Assembly: GCA_049455215.1 (NCBI GenBank)
Contig: JBMTZC010000024.1
Span: forward strand, 1-21,147
Length of the DNA: 21,147 bases
Source: Prochlorotrichaceae cyanobacterium
GTDB taxonomy: Bacteria > Cyanobacteriota > Cyanobacteriia > Prochlorotrichales > Prochlorotrichaceae
Reading direction: 5' to 3'
In this document: in pieces, positions 7,688 through 13,497 of the stretch
How the letters are laid out: every line of letters starts with the position of its first letter
Position numbering within the stretch: the stretch's first letter is position 1
The notes under the pieces: generated by a model
Database searches by the model: none
What the model saw: only the letters and a program-made list of their open reading frames with translations
Told to the model about the DNA's origin: nothing
Translations under genes and position numbers: made by a program

Positions 7688-8980
7688 TTGGTTATGGCTC
7701 CTCAGTTTCCCCACTCCCGGCGGCAGTTTGTTCAGACCGCCCTGGCGGCGGCCACCTTTACGGGGGTGCTTAAGCTCAGTGCCGGTTGTTCTCAGGTCGA
7801 GCGGTTACAGTCTCAGTTCAACCTGCCCGGAGGCGATCGGGCTGCCACCTACAATATTCTCTGCTGTGATGGCGGCGGTCTTAAGGGGCTGATTACGGCG
7901 ATTATTTTGGAGCGTTTAGAAGCCAAATTAGCCCAGGCCAGTCCCGATCGCGCCCGCATTAAAGATCACTTTCAACTCTTTGCCGGAACCTCCACCGGCA
8001 GCATCATTGCCTGTGGGTTAGCCAAGGGCATTCCCGCCACAGAAATTCGGCGCTTTTACCAGGAAAAAGCCCCCCAGATTTTCCCCGATTTTCGGGGACT
8101 GCTCACCGGCTTTGAAGATGACCTGGAGCAACTGGGAGCGCAACTGACGAAGCTAAAACAGCAGGTGGGGCAACTGGTGCCAAAGGTCTTTAAGCGCTTA
8201 TTTGATCCCTCTCGCCCCGCTTTAGAGGAGGAGTCCCTGACCCTCGAAACAGTTTTACAGGAAGTCTTTGGGGCAACGGATAGCCTCGACTCCCTCGATC
8301 GCTCCCTCCTGGCCGTGGCCTACGATGCCTATAACCGCAAGCCCATTCTCCTCGGCAATGGGGCTCCCCAAGCGGGACAGTTGGATGCCCGCAAAGCCAA
8401 CATTTGGCAGGTGTGTCGAGCCTCCTCCGCTGTGCCTGGGGTTTTTACCAGCTTCTTTTTGGATGAGGCAACGTTGGTGCAGTCCATTGCCAGCAGTGGC
8501 TATGGTGAAGCCGCCACCTATCAGGAGCGATCGGGTTTACCCCTCATTGACGGAGCCGTGGTCACCAACAATCCCTCTCTCTGGGCCATTCAAGAAGCCC
8601 GCGCCCAAACGGAGAAACCCCTCTTGGTGGTGTCCCTGGGCACGGGACAAATGCGAACCCCCTTTTCCCCCGACGACATTGCGGGGTGGGGGCTATTAGA
8701 CTGGTTTAATCCCCTCAAGGGGTTACCCATGTTAGAGGTGATGTTTAGCGGCAATTCCGATACCGTCAACAGCATTTCTCGACAACTCTTAGATCAAGAG
8801 GGCTTTGGGGAGTATCTGCGCTATCAACCGGACTTAAACCACGATCTCGTCCGTGATATTTCCGCCTTTGTCAGCAACGCCGATAACTTAGTCAAAATGG
8901 AAACCGCCGCCCGTCTTTACCTGGAAGAACAGGAGGGCGATCGGCACTTAGATGAACTCGTCCAACGCTTGGTCGCCTGA
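7688..8980 (+). CDS. Patatin-like phospholipase with a twin-arginine (Tat) signal peptide and a possible lipoprotein cysteine.
   Basis: 430-aa ORF. Oxyanion motif CCDGGGLKG, nucleophile elbow GTSTG (GxSxG) and catalytic Asp in IDGAVVTNNPS. N-terminus SRRQFVQTALAAATFTGVLKLSAGC is a Tat motif plus h-region ending in Cys. The start lies 13 bp after the upstream GGDEF stop, with an AGAGG RBS. ATG at 7688 or 7694. Confidence 0.8.
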   Translation: MVMAPQFPHSRRQFVQTALAAATFTGVLKLSAGCSQVERLQSQFNLPGGDRAATYNILCCDGGGLKGLITAIILERLEAKLAQASPDRARIKDHFQLFAGTSTGSIIACGLAKGIPATEIRRFYQEKAPQIFPDFRGLLTGFEDDLEQLGAQLTKLKQQVGQLVPKVFKRLFDPSRPALEEESLTLETVLQEVFGATDSLDSLDRSLLAVAYDAYNRKPILLGNGAPQAGQLDARKANIWQVCRASSAVPGVFTSFFLDEATLVQSIASSGYGEAATYQERSGLPLIDGAVVTNNPSLWAIQEARAQTEKPLLVVSLGTGQMRTPFSPDDIAGWGLLDWFNPLKGLPMLEVMFSGNSDTVNSISRQLLDQEGFGEYLRYQPDLNHDLVRDISAFVSNADNLVKMETAARLYLEEQEGDRHLDELVQRLVA

Positions 8981-8991
8981 CCCCTAAACCT

Positions 8992-9318
8992 ATGGCAAAA
9001 TCCCGGAAACGACGCTCCACGGTACAAATTTGTCAGCACCAATCCTGTCTACGAGGGGGGGCGGCGGCTGTGCTCTCCACCTTTGAGGAACAGGCGCAAG
9101 CCACGGGGGACTTTATGGTCATTCCCAGTGAGTGTATGGGGCAGTGTAGCGCGGGGCCCAATGTGCAAGTCCTGCAAAACGATCGAACCTGGTATTGTCG
9201 CGTCACCCCTGGGGATGTAGGGGAAATTGTGGAGCAGCACCTGCAGGGCGGAGAACGGATACCTCGGCTACTCCATCCCCGAATCCACCAACACGATCGG
9301 GGCACCTCGACAAATTAA
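8992..9318 (+). CDS. Thioredoxin-like [2Fe-2S] ferredoxin (NuoE / Aquifex Fd4 family).
   Basis: 108-aa ORF with the C-x4-C ... C-x3-C ligand pattern (ICQHQSC ... ECMGQCSAGPNVQV) and the family-typical WY..V.P.DV.EIV..HL.GGE segment. It starts 11 bp after the patatin stop. Confidence 0.8.
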   Translation: MAKSRKRRSTVQICQHQSCLRGGAAAVLSTFEEQAQATGDFMVIPSECMGQCSAGPNVQVLQNDRTWYCRVTPGDVGEIVEQHLQGGERIPRLLHPRIHQHDRGTSTN

Positions 9319-9426
9319 AAAATTTTGTCGTAGGCTCCAGACCAGCATTTCAGGCAAGAATAGGGACTTAAACGACGTAGCCGCTCGCCACCATGAATCG
9401 AGAGGGGCGCGGCTATAAGTCCCCCC

Positions 9427-10125
9427 CTACTCAAGATTCGGGTCAAAATCCGGATCGACTCCCAACTGTCGCAACTGTTCCGCCAAGCGTTCCGCCCGTT
9501 GACGTTCCCGCTCCAGATTCATCTCCGCAAGTTTGAGGGCATCCACCACTTCACTGGGCTGGGGCAATTTTTCCCCCGTGTCACTGCGATATAACCCGAG
9601 GAGAAAACCTTCGGCCTGTAGGCGCAGGGCCAGGACTTGGGAATAGCCATCGGTAATCGGTTGATAATGACCGTCCTGCAAACGGTACCCCCGAAGTTGC
9701 TCTGGAATCCATTCTGCTTTGGGATCAAAGAGCCAATATTCCAGAACCCCAATCTTTTCATAGAGGTCTTTTTTCGTTTCTTTATCCTCTTTCTGGGTGC
9801 TGGGAGAGGTGATTTCAAAAATAATGGACGGAATTTGCTGTTCTTGCCAGATTTTATAATTGTCCCGTGGCCCTGGCTCTACCCCAAACACGATCGCTAC
9901 ATCAGGGGCAAACCGGAGGCGGGGAAAATTTTCAGCATAGTAGACATATTGATTGGCCAGCATGATCCACTGTGAATTTTGATAGTAGTCTTGGAGATAT
10001 TGACGTAGCAGAACAATCAACATCACGATCGCCTCAATATGCACAGAAGTCTCAGCCAAGGGTTCTCCGTCCTCACTCGGGTAAAAAATATCAGTTTTAT
10101 CGGTCTTAGGAACAATGGTCAGCAT
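9427..10125 (-). CDS. Uma2-family (DUF820) putative restriction-endonuclease-like protein.
   Basis: 232-aa ORF with the characteristic Uma2 layout (PDVAIVFG...EITSPST...D...EYW core) and an Arg/Glu-rich C-terminal tail. These genes are very abundant in cyanobacterial genomes. Confidence 0.85.
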   Translation of the reverse strand: MLTIVPKTDKTDIFYPSEDGEPLAETSVHIEAIVMLIVLLRQYLQDYYQNSQWIMLANQYVYYAENFPRLRFAPDVAIVFGVEPGPRDNYKIWQEQQIPSIIFEITSPSTQKEDKETKKDLYEKIGVLEYWLFDPKAEWIPEQLRGYRLQDGHYQPITDGYSQVLALRLQAEGFLLGLYRSDTGEKLPQPSEVVDALKLAEMNLERERQRAERLAEQLRQLGVDPDFDPNLE

Positions 10126-10249
10126 TGGAATCTCCCTCGCAATATTGCAATTCCCAATGGATGAGATCGTGGGCGATCATCAAGACAGCCGGGCGGACAA
10201 CTTAAGGCTACTGTAAGATGATGCTCTCGGTTCTCATTTTAGATTGCCT

Positions 10250-11431
10250 ATGCTGCCTTTTCTACGTCCCGATCTTGCTCAAACCACTGGCTATACCGCT
10301 AATCCGGGGCATGGTGAGGAACCCACCCATCCTCTAGATGCCCTGGATACTAATGAAAGTCCGTTTGATCTGCCCCCCTCGGTCAAAGCACAGTTAGCGA
10401 TCGCTTATCAAGAGCAGATCCACACAAACCGCTACCCCGATGGCAGTCATCACCGCCTCAAGCAAGCCTTACTCACCTATGTAGAAGAGTCCCGGCAGTA
10501 CCCCCATCCCCACCTGAGTCGCCAGACTGAGCCCTTTGGACTCGAACACTTAAGCATTGGCAATGGTTCAGATGAACTAATCCGATCGCTTCTGATTGCC
10601 ACCTGTTTACCCCAGCGGGGCTCGGTGTTAGTGGCGGATCCCACCTTTTCCATGTACAAGATCCTGGCGGAAAGTTTGGGCATTCCCGTAGTGTCCGTCC
10701 AGCGTGACGCTCACTTTGCCGTAGACTGTGCAGCAGCCCAAGCCGCGATCGATCGTCCTCCCGCTGGATACCCCCCCGTTCGCTTGGTATTTATGGTCCA
10801 TCCTAACTCCCCGACGGGAAATGGACTGAATGCAGCGGAAGTGGAATGGCTACGGTCACTGCCGGAAGAAATCCTAGTGGTGATTGATGAGGCCTACTTT
10901 GAGTTTAGTCGCAATACCTTACTAGAAGCCGTCCTCCAGCGATCGAACTGGGTGATTACCCGCACCTTTTCTAAAGCCTTTCGCCTAGCAGCCCATCGGG
11001 TGGGCTATGCAGTGGGGCACCCCGAACTCATTGCAGTTCTGGAAAAACTGCGATTACCTTACAACCTACCCACCTTTGCCCAAGCCGCCGCGATCGCTGC
11101 CCTAGAGCAGCGTACCTTCATCCTAGAGGGGGTGACGGAACTGATTGGAGAGCGGGAAAAACTTGCACAGCAGTTACAAACCCTTCCCGGTGCCAAGGTG
11201 TATCCCAGTGTGGGGAATTTTCTCTTTCTGCGCTTACAACCGGAGTACTATCCCGCCCTTGTTACGAACCCCACGCAACTCTATCCCACGGTTCTCGATC
11301 GCTTGCGCCAGATGGGCACCCTGATTCGTCATACCGGCGGCGGGTTACGGGTAACGATCGGGGATGCGGCCATGAACCAGCGCACGAGGGAGCGACTTCA
11401 GGCAGTGCTCCAAAGTCTCGTCACGGGTTAA
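10250..11431 (+). CDS. hisC: Histidinol-phosphate aminotransferase (class II PLP aminotransferase).
   Basis: The profile matches HisC along its length: LDANESPF, NRYPD, NSPTGN, VIDEAYFEF, RTFSKAF-LAAHRVGY (PLP-lysine region) and C-terminal LRVTIG. The ORF track begins at a TTG at 10244; the first ATG is at 10250. Confidence 0.75.
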   Translation: MLPFLRPDLAQTTGYTANPGHGEEPTHPLDALDTNESPFDLPPSVKAQLAIAYQEQIHTNRYPDGSHHRLKQALLTYVEESRQYPHPHLSRQTEPFGLEHLSIGNGSDELIRSLLIATCLPQRGSVLVADPTFSMYKILAESLGIPVVSVQRDAHFAVDCAAAQAAIDRPPAGYPPVRLVFMVHPNSPTGNGLNAAEVEWLRSLPEEILVVIDEAYFEFSRNTLLEAVLQRSNWVITRTFSKAFRLAAHRVGYAVGHPELIAVLEKLRLPYNLPTFAQAAAIAALEQRTFILEGVTELIGEREKLAQQLQTLPGAKVYPSVGNFLFLRLQPEYYPALVTNPTQLYPTVLDRLRQMGTLIRHTGGGLRVTIGDAAMNQRTRERLQAVLQSLVTG

Positions 11432-11480
11432 TTGGGCTTCAACAGTCATGGTTCTTTTGTGCTCAGAGCAAAGTTTTGAG

Positions 11481-11520
11481 AGCGGGGCTGGGAGAGAGAG
11501 TCTTTCCCCGCTTACTCTCC
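11481..11520. terminator. Candidate bidirectional terminator region between convergent hisC and the 661-aa gene. Overlapping stems AGCGGGG/CCCCGCT and GGGAGAG/CTCTCCC.
   Basis: 7-bp stems read from the sequence (11481-11487 with 11506-11512; 11490-11496 with 11514-11520). There is no strong U-tract on either strand, so this is weak. Confidence 0.3.
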
Positions 11521-13497
11521 CAGGGATTGTTGCCAGAAATTGACGTAGGACTGGGCCTCATTAAAAATAAAGCTACTCTCGGGAATGCTGTTCGCGATAT
11601 CGATCGCCCCCACAACGTCGTAACTGGAGCGTTCGATCGCCATTTGCAGTAATTGCTCACTCCACCGATCGATTTGAGTATCCGCTTCTCTGCGCTGCGG
11701 TGCATCACTGGGCACTTGATCCGCCGCCCGAATAGCCGCTTCTAGACCTTCTGGAGATCGATTACTATTCCCCAAGCCATTGGCTTGCTGCAGGCTATAT
11801 TCCGCATCAATTTGCAGTTGCCACTCATCAACTCGATCCTGGGCTTCCTTGTACAGGGCCCGATTCGGGGAAATTCGCTGGGCTGTAGCGATCGCGGCAG
11901 AGAGACGGCCAGCATTGGCTAAACGCTCGGCTTCATCCAGGTAGGGACGATCTTCGATCATCTCAATATCGTCTTGCCAGTCTCGAATTGCGGCTTGAGC
12001 ATCATCGTATAAGCGTCGATCCGGAGCAATGCGATTGGCTTCGGTGATGGCCGCTTCTAAGGCGGGCACGCCCCCACTTTCCGCTAAGCGTCTGGCCCGT
12101 TCCAAGTAGGGAGAATCTTCGAGGATTTGAATTTCACTATTCCAATTTTTAATCAGGTTCTGGGCCTGATCATAACGGGGGTGATGTTGAGGAATCAGGG
12201 ACACTTCAGCGATCGCCGTCATATAGCCGGTAATGGTGCCTCGCTGAGCTAAGGTACGGGAGCGATCGATGCGGCGTAAATCCTCAACTTCCTTTTCCCA
12301 GCGACTAATCAGCCCTTGAGCCTTAACGTAGGTACTGCCGGTATTGTCAATGTTCTTCAGTTCATTAATAGCCGCCTGATAATCTGCCACTTGGCCACTC
12401 CAGGTTCGCGCCTGCACCTGGGCCAAAACTTTGAAGTCTTCAATTTCAGCCTTACGATTAGCCACATCCGGAATTTGGTTGGCAATGCTGAGGGCCGTCT
12501 GCAGATCTTTTGCCTCTAAAGCGTCCTCCGCCAACTCCATGAGTTTGCCGCTATAGGAAACAATTTGAGACTGGGCAATGCTATACAAGCGACTATTGGG
12601 CTGCACCTGGGCCACCAACTTAATGGCCTCTACTAAATTCTGAGTCCCGCCTTGATCCGCTAGCTTTTTCGCCTTCGCAATCACGCTATTAGAGCTACGC
12701 ACTTCTAAAATCTGGGCGTTCAGTTCGTTGTAGCGAGTCACTTGCCAATAGCGGTTATCCAAGGACAGCAGCTTGGTGGCCGCCGCCGCCGCTTTATCCC
12801 AGTTCTGATCCAACAGGGCTTTTTCCGACTCTTGCACAATCCCTTCTGCCTTATCCCACAGGGCTTGCCAAGCCGCAGCCCAGCCTTCTATTTCTTCACG
12901 GGGACATTTATTTTCATCACAGGGCAAGCGATCGAGGGGAATCGCCTTCAGGGTATCGAGGGCAAGGGCTAATTCACCGTTGTTATATTGCTCCTCTGAC
13001 AGAATGACGAGATCGAAAGCCCATTGCTTGAGGTAATAATCGGCATTTTGCTGGAGGGGGTGATCGGGCGGTAAGCTTTTCACCAGTTCGATCGCTTGGA
13101 GAATCCCCTCCGTTGTACCCTGCCCTGCGGCCATCTGGGCACAGTACAGCTTAAAGGCCGCAGAGGAGAAGGGGCGCAAAATACGCGGACATTCCCGGGC
13201 TTGGGGTAAACGCACCAAACTCCAGAGGGCTCCCCCCGCCGCCAACCCCATCAGCAGCAACATCGCCAACAGCCAGGTTTGGTAGACCCATTGTCCTTTG
13301 CGGACAGGTTGCGGCGAGACGGCGGGTTCGATCGCGGTTTCCGGAAGTGAGGCTGCTGGACTTGCAGTTTCTCTAAGGGCCGTTTCAGCCTGAGGGGCGA
13401 TCGCGAGATCAGACGGCTCCTGAGCCTCACGGTCTGCGGAAACCACCAAGGATTCTGAATTGCTTTGGGGGGGGTTGGTTAAAGAAGGGCGGGTCAT
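11512..13497 (-). CDS. Hypothetical membrane-anchored protein. Pro/Ala/Ser-rich N-terminal tail, a single TM helix, then about 8-10 tandem ~45-50-aa helical repeats.
   Basis: 661-aa ORF. TM helix WLLAMLLLMGLAAGGALWSLV. A recurring unit of the form ...A..A..IA..I.P....Y..AQ..I..W...I...ED..Y... (for example RLYDDAQAAIRDWQDDIEMIEDRPYLDEAERLANAG). The start ATG overlaps the stop of the upstream GHL10 gene (ATGA), indicating translational coupling. I recognised no known catalytic motif. Confidence 0.65.
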   Translation of the reverse strand: MTRPSLTNPPQSNSESLVVSADREAQEPSDLAIAPQAETALRETASPAASLPETAIEPAVSPQPVRKGQWVYQTWLLAMLLLMGLAAGGALWSLVRLPQARECPRILRPFSSAAFKLYCAQMAAGQGTTEGILQAIELVKSLPPDHPLQQNADYYLKQWAFDLVILSEEQYNNGELALALDTLKAIPLDRLPCDENKCPREEIEGWAAAWQALWDKAEGIVQESEKALLDQNWDKAAAAATKLLSLDNRYWQVTRYNELNAQILEVRSSNSVIAKAKKLADQGGTQNLVEAIKLVAQVQPNSRLYSIAQSQIVSYSGKLMELAEDALEAKDLQTALSIANQIPDVANRKAEIEDFKVLAQVQARTWSGQVADYQAAINELKNIDNTGSTYVKAQGLISRWEKEVEDLRRIDRSRTLAQRGTITGYMTAIAEVSLIPQHHPRYDQAQNLIKNWNSEIQILEDSPYLERARRLAESGGVPALEAAITEANRIAPDRRLYDDAQAAIRDWQDDIEMIEDRPYLDEAERLANAGRLSAAIATAQRISPNRALYKEAQDRVDEWQLQIDAEYSLQQANGLGNSNRSPEGLEAAIRAADQVPSDAPQRREADTQIDRWSEQLLQMAIERSSYDVVGAIDIANSIPESSFIFNEAQSYVNFWQQSLGE

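Noticed and set aside
8268-8699. 143-aa plus-strand ORF inside the patatin gene, plus 8590-8775 on the minus strand.
   Set aside because: They are embedded in the patatin catalytic domain. Their Pro/Trp/Arg-rich translations have no recognisable fold.
7688-8980. Patatin as a CBASS CapV-type effector, making the locus an antiphage signalling system.
   Set aside because: No CD-NTase/cGAS-like, E1/E2-like or HORMA/TRIP13 gene is adjacent. The upstream cyclase is a conventional sensor GGDEF. The patatin carries an export signal, whereas CapV is cytoplasmic. The patatin domain alone is insufficient evidence.
9033-9418. Small ORFs overlapping or antisense to the ferredoxin gene (9033-9305 minus, 9049-9240 minus, 9227-9418 plus).
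   Set aside because: The ferredoxin frame carries a complete Trx-like Fd Cys motif. The alternative ORFs have no motifs and are Cys/Arg-rich artefacts.
9319-9426. Imperfect 11-bp stem (AGCCGCTCGCC ... GGCGCGCGGCT-like) after the ferredoxin gene, as a possible terminator.
   Set aside because: The stem has a central mismatch, a 15-nt loop and no downstream U-tract. That is too weak to call.
9519-9975. ORFs 9519-9818 (minus) and 9637-9975 (plus) within the Uma2 gene.
   Set aside because: They overlap a confidently identified Uma2 endonuclease ORF. No support.
11463-11708. 81-aa minus-strand ORF overlapping the 3' end of the 661-aa gene and running into the hisC intergenic region.
   Set aside because: It is out of frame with the long gene, and the hairpin-forming terminator region falls inside it. 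Most likely spurious.
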